Shown piece after piece: positions 39,243 through 49,532 of a DNA stretch of 64,000 nucleotides. The stretch covers positions 1,817 to 65,816 of the forward strand of contig JAFTCA010000094.1 in assembly GCA_017454945.1 (NCBI GenBank), written 5' to 3'. This DNA comes from Bacteroidales bacterium. Its GTDB lineage: Bacteria > Bacteroidota > Bacteroidia > Bacteroidales > WCHB1-69. The position numbers and the translations under genes were made by a program. Position 1 is the first letter of the stretch, and each line of letters opens with the position of its first letter. The notes beneath the pieces are model-generated. The model worked only from the letters and a program-made list of their open reading frames with translations. It was not told the DNA's origin and did no database searches.

Positions 39243-40187
39243 TTATCTAGCGAAAAAACTGTCGTTCATCACGAAACGGATGTAAGCACCATAATTGATA
39301 CTGTGCTTATCAAAATCGTTGTAGCCTTTAAGTCCTAATTTCGAAATAGATATGTAAAAGATAGGATCCACTGAGATAACTTTGGTGCAAACAATCTTCA
39401 GACCAGCCGCCGCCGAGAAGCCGAAACCGGGGCCGCCATAGATAACATTCAATTTCTGCATATCTACCCCTGGTACATAGTTCTGACCACGATACCAATC
39501 CAACAACTCAAATTCTTTATCCTCGATAATAGCTTTAAAATATTTGACTTTCACATAATTAAACTGCACGCCAAATTCCAGAAACGGCTTTACCACCTTC
39601 GAAGGATGAAAGAGATAGCGCACCGACAAGTCGAAAAACGAACGGTTCTCCTTGCCCACCAGACTATACAACAGATAGTCGTTATGCTCATTGCCGGAAA
39701 TGGCCTGATAGCCCACCGAGAAAACATCTTTCGCAACCAGACGGCCAAAAGAATAAGTAAATGTCAATCCCCAGTTTTTGGTAAACTTGTAGGAAAATCC
39801 CAACGAAATGGAGAGCGCCGGCGAGTAACGCATTTTGGAGGGATACTCCTTGATGGCGATGGTGGAATCGTAGCGGGAAACGAAGTTATTGTTCTTCACT
39901 ATCAGGTCCACAATTTCCTGCTTGCGATAATAGTTGTCGAAAATATAGTTGAGATTGTTCTCATTTTCAGGAATGCCCGAATAGTAGCCAGCGCTATAGC
40001 GGCCTCCAAAATAGATGCCTGCGCCGATGATAAAGTCGAAGCCGCGGTCGAGCAATGAAAGCGGTTCCTGATTCTTCACCTTGCTCTTGCGCACGGTCGT
40101 ATCGGCAGGTAGCGTATGCGCCTGCAACCCACTCATAATAAGCAAGAAGGCAGCCAATACTATCGAAATCTTGCGCAAGATCCTCAT
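39243..40187 (-). CDS. Hypothetical exported protein, probable outer-membrane beta-barrel
   Basis: Signal peptide; alternating aromatic/hydrophobic strands (LGFSYKF, LSVRYLF, YGAYIRF). Confidence 0.6.
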   Translation of the reverse strand: MRILRKISIVLAAFLLIMSGLQAHTLPADTTVRKSKVKNQEPLSLLDRGFDFIIGAGIYFGGRYSAGYYSGIPENENNLNYIFDNYYRKQEIVDLIVKNNNFVSRYDSTIAIKEYPSKMRYSPALSISLGFSYKFTKNWGLTFTYSFGRLVAKDVFSVGYQAISGNEHNDYLLYSLVGKENRSFFDLSVRYLFHPSKVVKPFLEFGVQFNYVKVKYFKAIIEDKEFELLDWYRGQNYVPGVDMQKLNVIYGGPGFGFSAAAGLKIVCTKVISVDPIFYISISKLGLKGYNDFDKHSINYGAYIRFVMNDSFFAR

Positions 40188-40192
40188 ACAAA

Positions 40193-41377
40193 CTAGTTTT
40201 TGATCAATTCACGTGCTTCCGACATTGTAATGCGGACTTCGTTCTTAAAGGCCACCATAAAGGCATCGGGATAGCCGTTCTTGCGCAACTGCTTCAACAA
40301 CTGCTGCGCAGCATCTTCGCTCGTCTCGTTACCCGAAGTGTACTTCCACACGCCATTCTGTTGGTAACGACGCACATCCTTGACATTGGCAAACTTGGCA
40401 TCGGTCACCGGTTCATCCTTAGGAGAAGTATAGAACTGCACGCGGAAGCGAATTTCGAGATTGGAAGCGGTTTTCTCTTGATTTTGAGTTGCAATCGTAT
40501 CTGGTTTTTGGGGTGCGATGACAGGCACTTCGGGTTTCGGTGCCGGCTTGGTAGCCTCGGCCACAGCCTTCTGCAGCGGCTTCAGGTCCAGTCCGGGCTT
40601 ATCGGTGCGTTCCAATTGGTTCTTATAATCCACAAAAGCATTGTAGATGGAGCCTGCCATCAGGTCTTGCATGCTCTGCTTCATCAGCTTGCCCTCCTCC
40701 TCGTAGTTGGAGATGAAGCCCAGCTCGACCAGCACACTCGGCATAGCCACCTTGTAGAGCACCCAGAAGCCAGCTTGTTTCACTTTGCGGTCGATAAAAT
40801 GGGTGTTGGCCACCAGATTTTTCTGCACTTTGTCGGCAAACAAGATAGAGTTGTTCAAGTAGGCCGAGGTGTAGAGCGAGAACATCACGTGCGCTTCGGG
40901 CGAGTTGGGATCGAAGCCGCCATAATTGTTAGAGTAGTTCTTTTCCAGCAACATAGCTGCATTTTCTTTCTTAGCCACCTCGAAGTTGGCCTCGGTCTTG
41001 TGCAAACCCATCACGTAGGTCTCCACTCCCGACGGAGCACGATTCTCGTTGCTGTTGCAGTGCAATGAGATGAAGAGTTGGGCATGATTGTCGTTGGCAA
41101 TCTGCGCACGGCGGTACAACTCCACAAACACATCTGTTTTGCGGGTATAAATCACTTGAACATCGCTATAATTGTCGGAAATCAACTTACCTAACTTCAA
41201 AGCCACCGACAAAACGACATTCTTCTCCATCTCGCGTTTGCCGACAGCTCCAGCATCCTTGCCGCCATGGCCCGCGTCTATCACCACCTTCGTCACCTTA
41301 TCGAAAGATTGCGCTGGCGCCATTCCGTTAAAAAAAGTTAACACAGCAAATAATAAAACTGCTTTTTTTATGTTCAT
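40193..41377 (-). CDS. N-acetylmuramoyl-L-alanine amidase (Amidase_3) with SPOR-like C-terminus
   Basis: VIDAGHGGKD, EK, FISLHCN, PSVLVELGFISN; FRVQ...GYPDAFMVAF. Confidence 0.93.
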   Translation of the reverse strand: MNIKKAVLLFAVLTFFNGMAPAQSFDKVTKVVIDAGHGGKDAGAVGKREMEKNVVLSVALKLGKLISDNYSDVQVIYTRKTDVFVELYRRAQIANDNHAQLFISLHCNSNENRAPSGVETYVMGLHKTEANFEVAKKENAAMLLEKNYSNNYGGFDPNSPEAHVMFSLYTSAYLNNSILFADKVQKNLVANTHFIDRKVKQAGFWVLYKVAMPSVLVELGFISNYEEEGKLMKQSMQDLMAGSIYNAFVDYKNQLERTDKPGLDLKPLQKAVAEATKPAPKPEVPVIAPQKPDTIATQNQEKTASNLEIRFRVQFYTSPKDEPVTDAKFANVKDVRRYQQNGVWKYTSGNETSEDAAQQLLKQLRKNGYPDAFMVAFKNEVRITMSEARELIKN

Positions 41378-41451
41378 AGGTTAAAACTTTTGCGTATTTT
41401 TGAAAGTTTATTTTGTACAAAAATACTTATAAATAAGAAACCAAGCGCATT

Positions 41452-44130
41452 TTGAGAAAAAAAAACGGAGATTTTCGTGGCCACCTTCTCCTAAGAATAT
41501 GCATCATGCTAATATTCTGCATATTAGGATTTTCTCTTTGGGCGCAAGAAGACACCACCCACGCCTCCCAAACTCCCGTCAAAACGGCATCTGACACCAT
41601 AAGACGCGGGCGTATCAGGCAGAAAAGTAACGTAGTTTTGCCCGATTCTATTCCAAGAGACACCGTTCCCAAACGACGGATTTCGAAAAATGCCATCACT
41701 TCCATCATCCCGTACACCTCTGCCGACTCGCTCATTTTTAACATGAAAGAGCGAAAAGTATATCTGTTTCACGATGCCAAAGTGGAATACGAAGACATGA
41801 CGTTGGAAGCCGACTATATCGAAATCGACTTCAAGAATAACGAATTGTATGCCAGCGGTATAGCCAACGAAAACGGCTCCATCAACGGGCATCCCGTCTT
41901 CACACAAGGCGAGTACTCGTTCAGAACCCACGAGATAAAGTACAATTTTAACACTAAAAAAGGCAAAATCTGGGATGTCATCACCACCGAAGGTGAGGGA
42001 TTTATCCACGGCGAGCAAGTGAAGAAGATGGACGATAACACCTCTTATATCAAGCGAGGCAAATACACCACCTGCGAACTCGACCACCCGCACTTTGAGA
42101 TTGCCTTCACCAAAGCCAAGGTGATGCCCAACGATAAAATCGTTACGGGTCCCGCCTACCTCAGCTTTGACGGTGTGCCAACGGTACTGGCCATACCCTT
42201 TGGCTACTTCCCCATCCAGAAGGGGCGCAAATCGGGCTTCCTCATGCCCACCATCGGTGAGTCAGGCAACCGCGGATTCTACCTGGAAAACGGCGGTTTC
42301 TATTTCGGCATCAGCGACAATTTCGACCTCGCCATCTTAGGCGACATCTACACCCGAGGCAGCTGGGCCGCCAAGGTACGTTCGAACTATGTGATGCGCT
42401 ACAAGTGCAAAGGTCTTATCAACGTCAGCTACGCACAGAACTTGTTTGGCGAGCGCGAGACCGACGAGTTCTACAAGACCAACGACTTCAAGTTCTACTG
42501 GGACCACAACCAGGATCCCAAATCGCACCCCACCACCCGATTCTCCGCCCACATCGACATCGTGAGCCGCTCGTACAACACCTACAACCCATCAAGCGTA
42601 AACGACTATCTATCAAACCAATACACCTCAAAACTCAACTTTACCACCAACATCAGAGGTGTCTTCTTCATTGATGCAACCGCCTCTTACGCCCAAAACA
42701 CGCAGACAGGCATTGTCACGCTGTCGCTGCCCGACATCAACATGTCGGTCAACCAATTCTATCCTTTCCGGAAGAAGAACAAAAGCGGCCCGCTGAAATG
42801 GTATGACAACATCTCCATGAAATGGTCAACACAATACACCAACCAGATAGACACGTACGACTCGCTGCTCTTCAAACCCGAAACTTGGGAAAACATGAGC
42901 ATTGGCATGAAGCATACCATTCCCATCTCCATTCCCATTAAAATTGCCAAGAAAATCAACTGGAACACCAGCATCAACTTCACCGAGAAGTGGTATTTAC
43001 AGTCTATTGAGAAGAAATTTTCCGTGGACACGACAGGCGGTGAGGTCAAAGGGCAGGTCAACGACATCTTCCGACGCAAATTCCACGCTTTGCACCAACT
43101 CTCCTTGTCGACGGCGCTAACCACCAAGGTTTATGTCATGTACCAGTTCAAGAAGGGCTGGCTGACCGCTCTCCGCCACGTGCTAACGCCCAACCTCAGC
43201 TTTACTTACACGCCCAACTTGAGCGGTGCCACCACAGGCACCTACTTCAACACTATCACGGGCCAGGAGGTTACCTACTCCTACTTCTCCAACTCAATTT
43301 ATGGCGGCGTTCCTTCCAGGACCACAGCCATCGCACGACTCTCGTTAGGCAACAACATCGAGATGAAAGTACGCTCAAAGAGGGATACCATCACCGGCAT
43401 GAAGAAAGTGGTCCTGCTGGAAAACCTTGACCTGTCGGAGTATTACGACTTCGCCGCCGACTCGCTACGATGGTCGCTCTTTACCATTTCGGGGCGAACC
43501 ACCCTTTTCAAACAGATTTTCATCACCTTCAGCATCGGCTTCGACCCCTACTGCTACAACGAAAACGGTGTCCGTATCAACCAGTTTGAATGGAAGAAAA
43601 ACAAGCGACTGCTCCGTTTCTCCAACTCCAACATCAGCATTGGCGTCAACTGGACTTTGAGCCAGAACACGTTCAGCAACAGCAAGAAGAAAAAGAAGCA
43701 GCCGGAGCAGAACACCATCCTTCCGGAGAACGCCCTCGGCATGCCCAACAAGCGGCCCGACTTCTCCAACCCGTGGTCCATCACGCTCAACTACTCGTTC
43801 AACTACTCCGTCAACGACAATTTCTACTATTACCTCGGCACATCGCACGATAAATACAAGAACAACATCATCCAGACATTGAACATCATGGGCGATTTCA
43901 ACATCACTAAAAAGTGGAAAATCGGTTTCACCACAGGTTACGACTTTGTAGCCAAGACACTCTCCTACACTTCGCTCGACATCTACCGCGACCTGCACTG
44001 CTGGGAGATGCGCTTCAACTGGATTCCGTTCGGTCTGCGCCGCGGCTGGAGCTTCACCATCAATGTCAAAGCATCGGTACTGCAAGACCTGAAATACAAC
44101 AAGAAACACGACTTTAGAGAGAATTTCTAA
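41452..44130 (+). CDS. lptD: Putative LPS assembly protein LptD (Bacteroidetes type)
   Basis: OstA-like N-terminus, YTTC..DHPHF, GFYLENGG.YF, RDLHCWEM.F.WIP; exact start uncertain. Confidence 0.85.
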   Translation: MRKKNGDFRGHLLLRICIMLIFCILGFSLWAQEDTTHASQTPVKTASDTIRRGRIRQKSNVVLPDSIPRDTVPKRRISKNAITSIIPYTSADSLIFNMKERKVYLFHDAKVEYEDMTLEADYIEIDFKNNELYASGIANENGSINGHPVFTQGEYSFRTHEIKYNFNTKKGKIWDVITTEGEGFIHGEQVKKMDDNTSYIKRGKYTTCELDHPHFEIAFTKAKVMPNDKIVTGPAYLSFDGVPTVLAIPFGYFPIQKGRKSGFLMPTIGESGNRGFYLENGGFYFGISDNFDLAILGDIYTRGSWAAKVRSNYVMRYKCKGLINVSYAQNLFGERETDEFYKTNDFKFYWDHNQDPKSHPTTRFSAHIDIVSRSYNTYNPSSVNDYLSNQYTSKLNFTTNIRGVFFIDATASYAQNTQTGIVTLSLPDINMSVNQFYPFRKKNKSGPLKWYDNISMKWSTQYTNQIDTYDSLLFKPETWENMSIGMKHTIPISIPIKIAKKINWNTSINFTEKWYLQSIEKKFSVDTTGGEVKGQVNDIFRRKFHALHQLSLSTALTTKVYVMYQFKKGWLTALRHVLTPNLSFTYTPNLSGATTGTYFNTITGQEVTYSYFSNSIYGGVPSRTTAIARLSLGNNIEMKVRSKRDTITGMKKVVLLENLDLSEYYDFAADSLRWSLFTISGRTTLFKQIFITFSIGFDPYCYNENGVRINQFEWKKNKRLLRFSNSNISIGVNWTLSQNTFSNSKKKKKQPEQNTILPENALGMPNKRPDFSNPWSITLNYSFNYSVNDNFYYYLGTSHDKYKNNIIQTLNIMGDFNITKKWKIGFTTGYDFVAKTLSYTSLDIYRDLHCWEMRFNWIPFGLRRGWSFTINVKASVLQDLKYNKKHDFRENF

Positions 44131-44181
44131 AAAAAAGCATTTAAGCACCCAAGATTCTGATTCGAAAATCCGTTTATCAAT

Positions 44182-44742
44182 ATGGACACCGAAAATCGCA
44201 ACGATCCAAAACTCATCCAACTCATTGCAGATTGCAAGCGTGGTAGTCATCGTGCCCAACACAAGCTGTTCAAGACCTACTACAGTCACATGTTCGGCAT
44301 CTGTATGCGATACGCCAGCAATCCTGATGAAGCGGAGGATATGCTCAGCGAAGGGTTCTTGAAGATCTTCTCCAACTTGGAGCAGTACGAAGACACAGGC
44401 TCTTTCGAGGCATGGATGAAGCGAGTGATGACCAACGCCGCCATTGACTTCCAGCGGAAATACAAGACGCTCATTGAAACGGTAGAATATGAATCGGTAT
44501 CGGAAACTGAACTGCAACGATACGACGTCAACCCAGCCCTCGAGAAATTGTCGGGCGACGAGCTGATGGAACTCATACAGGAGTTGCCGCCGGTCAGCCG
44601 ACTGGTTTTCAACCTTTACATATTCGAAAACTACACGCACGCCGAAATTGCGGAGAAGCTCAACATTAAGGAAGGAACCTCCCACTGGCACCTCAATTTC
44701 GCACGCAACACACTGAAACAGAAAATTATCAACAACAGATAA
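44182..44742 (+). CDS. ECF RNA polymerase sigma factor
   Basis: ICMRYA...AEDML.EGFLKIF, SFEAWMKR, VFNLY..E.YTHAEIAEKL.I.EGTS. Confidence 0.93.
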   Translation: MDTENRNDPKLIQLIADCKRGSHRAQHKLFKTYYSHMFGICMRYASNPDEAEDMLSEGFLKIFSNLEQYEDTGSFEAWMKRVMTNAAIDFQRKYKTLIETVEYESVSETELQRYDVNPALEKLSGDELMELIQELPPVSRLVFNLYIFENYTHAEIAEKLNIKEGTSHWHLNFARNTLKQKIINNR

Positions 44743-44744
44743 AA

Positions 44745-45266
44745 ATGTCCATGGATAACTTTGACCAACTGCTTAAAGCAAAAATCGAACAAAAACAATA
44801 CGCCTACAAAGCCTCGGCTTGGCGTAAATTTGCCCGCCAGAGCGGCATCGGTACTTCAGTCGGCGCACTGAAGATTGCCGCCATTTCGCTGGTGACAGTC
44901 GGTTTATTATCCACGGGCGGCTATCTGGCCTACAAGTACCTCTCACACAAGCCCGAAGCTACTGCCGACACTATGCAGGTAATGACAGATCCCACTAACG
45001 AGCCTATCATAGCAGCCGAAGACACAATCCAAATAGCTGATGCTGAATTAAATACTCAACCAGACGAAATCTACTGTGACTTCGGTGTGCCCCCCGAAGA
45101 GATGAAGCGTCTAGAAGAAAGGGAAGCCAAACAGAACGCTACAACGAGCGAAAAGCCCATACAACAAGCCACCACGCCAACCGAAGAACCGAAGAAACCG
45201 ATTGAACGCGACGATAAGTGGCGTGTGGTTATCATCAACCCCGACACCATCGGTTCGGACAACTAA
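44745..45266 (+). CDS. Single-TM protein, probable anti-sigma factor
   Basis: Starts 2 nt after the ECF stop; DNFDQLLK.K...AW N-terminus, one TM, low-complexity C-terminus. Confidence 0.55.
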   Translation: MSMDNFDQLLKAKIEQKQYAYKASAWRKFARQSGIGTSVGALKIAAISLVTVGLLSTGGYLAYKYLSHKPEATADTMQVMTDPTNEPIIAAEDTIQIADAELNTQPDEIYCDFGVPPEEMKRLEEREAKQNATTSEKPIQQATTPTEEPKKPIERDDKWRVVIINPDTIGSDN

Positions 45267-45285
45267 AATACTGATTATCTTTCTT

Positions 45286-45792
45286 TTAATGCTTCTTTAC
45301 GACAATATCAGGTGTCGTAATGGTATTGCTGTGATGCAACGCCCTGTCGACGATATAGCACGAAAAGCGAATCGTATCGTAAGACGATAGAAAATTATTG
45401 ATATACAATTCAATAGAAACATCCCCTTCGATGGATTCGGGCACGCTGTTGCTCAATCGCGGGATGCGCGCATTGTTGGTCAATGGCAGCTCCACTAGCA
45501 CATAGTCGCCATTCTGTTTTTCGTAGTAATTGATAAAGAAATTGTAGTGATAGATTGAGTCGCGGTTAAACGGCGGCATCGTATCGGTCTCATTCAGACC
45601 CACATCACCATCGCCGTCTTGGAAATGGATGGTCAATTTGCCTTTGTTGTCCACGGCAGAGCCATCATCAATCTTCTCAAAGCTGACGAACGAAATGGCC
45701 GGCTCAACAGGAAACTTCTCCTCCCGCTGGCAGGCTGACAGCAGCACCAGTGCGACAAAGAGAAATCCTATCGATCCACGTTTACTCATCAT
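45286..45792 (-). CDS. Hypothetical lipoprotein
   Basis: LSAC lipobox; FQDGDGDVG and DRAL..SN motifs. Confidence 0.7.
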   Translation of the reverse strand: MMSKRGSIGFLFVALVLLSACQREEKFPVEPAISFVSFEKIDDGSAVDNKGKLTIHFQDGDGDVGLNETDTMPPFNRDSIYHYNFFINYYEKQNGDYVLVELPLTNNARIPRLSNSVPESIEGDVSIELYINNFLSSYDTIRFSCYIVDRALHHSNTITTPDIVVKKH

Positions 45793-47876
45793 TACTTCTT
45801 TTTAGCAGCCTGCTTTTTCTGCTTGGCCACCTGTTTGTCGTAAGCATTCACCTTTTCCATCGCCAAAGTCGTAGCTTCAATAAGCGGTAAGGCAGATATT
45901 TCGCGACCCACGGCGCGTTTCATCCACAACTTGGGAGTCAGACGGCCTTGGGAATAGATTCTTTCCACTTCGGTACCGATGTTTTTCCCTTCATAGTAGT
46001 GTTCCAATTGGAAGTCAATCAAGTGACCCAGCGGGTAAGAAGCCAGATAGAGCGGTGCTTCAATCATGTGGGAATAGACAGCGAGGATAATTTCGTCCTT
46101 CACGCCGAAAACGGGGGCGTAATATTGGTTCCACACCTCTTTGGCAATACGGAGCACAGCATATTTCAGATCGTCGGCGGTCGTATTAGGATTGTTATAG
46201 AGCCATTGCCAAACCTTCATGTCCACCAGCGCCACGCCCATAATTTCATACGAGTTCCAGAAGATGTCGAGGGTGTTGAAGTACTTGGTCAGCTCGTCAG
46301 CCGGAGTCACACCCAGCAGTTCCAAATCCTTGTGCTGGAAAGTGAAGGCAAGTGCTTCTGTACATGCGATATTGGGCACACCAGCCAGGAAATAGTTGGG
46401 CACATTGTGCAACGAAAGTATCTGTTCCACATTATGGCCAAACTCATGAATACCAATATTATAACCTTTGTAATCCAAGCCATTTTTACCAAAACGGGTA
46501 CGCAGCATGACATGGTCGTTTTTCATCATAGCTTCAAGTGCGTGGCCTGAGCCGACAGCCGGTTCTACGGTCACACGGTCGCACACGAACTTGGCAGTAC
46601 GAGCCGAGAAACCCAATTTATTCATAATGTTAGGCAGATCCTGTTCAAAGGCCAACTTGGTAGGATATTTGGCTCGTACCTTGGCATCGAGTTCGCTCTG
46701 CGGAATGTCGGTACGCGTTTTAAAGCCATTGTACCAAATGTCATGAGGTTCCAGTTTTCGTCCTAAGCGTTTGGAAATCAGTGCTGCTACTTTCTTTACC
46801 ATTGGCGAAGAGAGTAGTTCGGCAAAAATCTGCTCAGCCTCTTGCGCCGTAATCTCATACTCGGCATCAAAGGTACGATCGATAAAAGTGGGATATTTGG
46901 GATAATATTTATCCGCAGCCTTGACAGCCTTGAACACATCCAACAGATACTGATAACGGATATTCTCTTCCTGTTCGCTTTCCTCTATTTCGATAGTGGA
47001 GATGAACACCTGATTGGTTGAGGGGAACCAGATATACTCATCCTTGTCAATCACATCCTTTAAAATGGTCTGATTCACAATACGTTTCATAATATTATAA
47101 AGGATAATTTGCTTATCCAAACCAAACTGCTTGTCGGAATAGGCTGCCTTCAGTTCGTCGCGCAATCCCCAGTGGGCGAGCAAAGTCTGGTCGGGACCCC
47201 AATACTGGCGGTTTTCATCACTCCACACCATGCCCATGTAGATGTTGTAGTTGGCGATATATTTCTCAGCGGCGGTAGTAGCTTCGTTAATCTTCTGCAA
47301 GGCCTGCGCGGGCACGCGCGAAGTGAACAGGTCACCCAGACGAACATAACCCCACAACAGATCCGACCAGTTGTGGCCGTTGTTGTTCTTCTCTCTCAGC
47401 GTATAGAAGGGAAAATTGAGGGTGATGATGAACGCCAACTTGCTACTATACATATCTTCATGAAGGTGTGCTAATGCATCATAGGAGGCGAAGTAGGAAT
47501 CTATAGGCGTTGGCGCGAAACCTTGAACATCAAGAGGTTTTCTCAACTCAATATTCAGTCGGTTATTGTAGCCCATGATGATTTCAAAATTACGGCAAAA
47601 GCGCTCAAAAAGCAGCTGTTTATCCGTCTCATTCTTGCAATAGTTGGCCACACAGAAATCGTGAAACGCCTGTGCATCACCATCCTGATGCTGCCATAAA
47701 GAGGCTGTATTCTCCACGCCACGTCGAACCATTTTCTCAGAAAAAGTGGTTTTAGGCAGTATATCCTGAACGGTGCGGGTAACCGTAGCATTATCGATAA
47801 AGTTGGCTGCTGACATCGGTAAAACGTTCATTAAAAGGAACAAAACAGTAAAAGTAACTAGTAGAATCCGTCGCAT
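45792..47876 (-). CDS. Exported gluzincin-type (M3-like) metalloprotein
   Basis: Signal peptide; HEFGH (HExxH) followed by TEALA, and a later H...P.YL..Y motif. Confidence 0.6.
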   Translation of the reverse strand: MRRILLVTFTVLFLLMNVLPMSAANFIDNATVTRTVQDILPKTTFSEKMVRRGVENTASLWQHQDGDAQAFHDFCVANYCKNETDKQLLFERFCRNFEIIMGYNNRLNIELRKPLDVQGFAPTPIDSYFASYDALAHLHEDMYSSKLAFIITLNFPFYTLREKNNNGHNWSDLLWGYVRLGDLFTSRVPAQALQKINEATTAAEKYIANYNIYMGMVWSDENRQYWGPDQTLLAHWGLRDELKAAYSDKQFGLDKQIILYNIMKRIVNQTILKDVIDKDEYIWFPSTNQVFISTIEIEESEQEENIRYQYLLDVFKAVKAADKYYPKYPTFIDRTFDAEYEITAQEAEQIFAELLSSPMVKKVAALISKRLGRKLEPHDIWYNGFKTRTDIPQSELDAKVRAKYPTKLAFEQDLPNIMNKLGFSARTAKFVCDRVTVEPAVGSGHALEAMMKNDHVMLRTRFGKNGLDYKGYNIGIHEFGHNVEQILSLHNVPNYFLAGVPNIACTEALAFTFQHKDLELLGVTPADELTKYFNTLDIFWNSYEIMGVALVDMKVWQWLYNNPNTTADDLKYAVLRIAKEVWNQYYAPVFGVKDEIILAVYSHMIEAPLYLASYPLGHLIDFQLEHYYEGKNIGTEVERIYSQGRLTPKLWMKRAVGREISALPLIEATTLAMEKVNAYDKQVAKQKKQAAKKK

Positions 47877-47953
47877 GATTGATTATAATATCCTAAAAAT
47901 TAAACGAGTGCAAAATTACATTATTTCCATCTACAAAAAATCATCACATTCTC

Positions 47954-48847
47954 TTAAAAGAAATCCAACGCATAAAGCACCACCCAATAGACAAATGCGG
48001 CTGGAGCGGCAAAGAAGAGCGAATCGAGCCTGTCGAGGATACCGCCATGGCCGGGCAGTATGTTGCCACTGTCCTTCAGTTGCGCATCTCTCTTGAACAT
48101 CGACTCAACCAAATCGCCTAACGAGGAGGTAACCACAATGACGAAAGCGAAGCCAATCCAATGCAAGGGTGTGGTCAACACGCCGTTGTTGCCGAACGAC
48201 GTTGCACCCCCGCCTTGCCATATAGGAATGAAATAGAACAAGGTGGAAGCCGCCAGCGTCAGCACGAGGGCTATCAGCGTGCCCTCCCAAGTCTTTTTCG
48301 GGGATATGCGTTCAAAGAATTTATGTTTGCCAAAGAGCGAACCTGCGCAATAGGCAAAAGTATCGAATGCCCAGATGATGATAAAGAGGGCCAGAACCAT
48401 GTATGGAGCCTTGAAGAAGGAGAGCCAGAAGGCAACTACGCCCAGCGGCAGCGCCACCCACAGTGCAGGGAAGAGCGAACTAGCCACGTTGTAAAGAGGA
48501 TGCTCTTTCTTGCGGAAAAGCTCCACTATCGGCACCAGGAAGGCAAGCATCACAACCACCATAAAGGCATACAGCGCCGTCGACGGCTGACTACCCGACA
48601 GGTGTATCTGAAAGCGCATGCGACCCGACAGATGAAGTGCCGTGAATAGTGTGGCCGACAACAAGAGTGGCAATACCATTTGAGGCGAAGCGCCCGTCTT
48701 CTCAGTCATCCTCAGACATTCCCATGTCCCGATCAACGCAAATGTAAGAAACACAGCGAAGAAACAAACGGGAGGAAGAAACAGGGAGGCCACCACCAAC
48801 GTCACAAAAACCAACCCCGTTACGGTTCGTATGATAAGATTCTTCAT
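47954..48847 (-). CDS. cdsA: Phosphatidate cytidylyltransferase
   Basis: DTFAY, ISPKKTWEG, GDLVESMFKR...KDSG.ILPGHGGILDRLDS. Confidence 0.95.
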   Translation of the reverse strand: MKNLIIRTVTGLVFVTLVVASLFLPPVCFFAVFLTFALIGTWECLRMTEKTGASPQMVLPLLLSATLFTALHLSGRMRFQIHLSGSQPSTALYAFMVVVMLAFLVPIVELFRKKEHPLYNVASSLFPALWVALPLGVVAFWLSFFKAPYMVLALFIIIWAFDTFAYCAGSLFGKHKFFERISPKKTWEGTLIALVLTLAASTLFYFIPIWQGGGATSFGNNGVLTTPLHWIGFAFVIVVTSSLGDLVESMFKRDAQLKDSGNILPGHGGILDRLDSLFFAAPAAFVYWVVLYALDFF

Positions 48848-48875
48848 AAGGCAGTCTTTAATTTATAAATTGCTA

Positions 48876-49523
48876 TTACTCAACCAATAGCATGATATAA
48901 CGCGGTTCATTGGGCGTATAGACATTTTTCCCGTCAACGATGGGCGTATTGGTCGGTGTGATGATTTCCAGCATATCGTGCGGCTTACCATTTCCCGTGG
49001 GCTGGTACTGGTCGAGAACCGTTTTCAAGTCGGGCACTATATTTTGGACCATGGCCACAACGATGATGTCCTTAGCCAGATTCTTTACCGACGGATAGAG
49101 CGACAATTTCTGCGAGAAGACCATCGCTCCGTTGCGCGCAATCAACTGATTAGCAAAGACAATGGCCGCATCTACAGGTGATGACGAGTCGATGGAATCA
49201 TAGCAATGGATGTTATGCTTTGCCAACAGAGGAGAAAGCGCCTTGGCGGTATTCAAGATGGTGGGATAATGTTGGTTCTCGATAAGTTGCACCAACATAT
49301 CAGCAAAATTCTCCTTCGTACAAAGGATGTGTTTACCGCCGGCCATCTTGTAGTTCATACGGAACTCCGTAACCACATCGTCAATGGGAACAAGAATATC
49401 GGCATTGGCATCCAATGACGTGAAAGTCTTCGCGTTCTTGGATATCAGCGCTTGCTTGATCTTCTTGCGAATCACCTCTTTGGGAGGCATGTACTTATTA
49501 TCGTATTGCGGAAAATTGGCCAT
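48876..49523 (-). CDS. LUD/LutC-like domain protein
   Basis: Position between ftsH and cdsA; LIARNG.MV and IVPDL motifs; degenerate. Confidence 0.6.
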   Translation of the reverse strand: MANFPQYDNKYMPPKEVIRKKIKQALISKNAKTFTSLDANADILVPIDDVVTEFRMNYKMAGGKHILCTKENFADMLVQLIENQHYPTILNTAKALSPLLAKHNIHCYDSIDSSSPVDAAIVFANQLIARNGAMVFSQKLSLYPSVKNLAKDIIVVAMVQNIVPDLKTVLDQYQPTGNGKPHDMLEIITPTNTPIVDGKNVYTPNEPRYIMLLVE

Positions 49524-49532
49524 AGCTTTATA

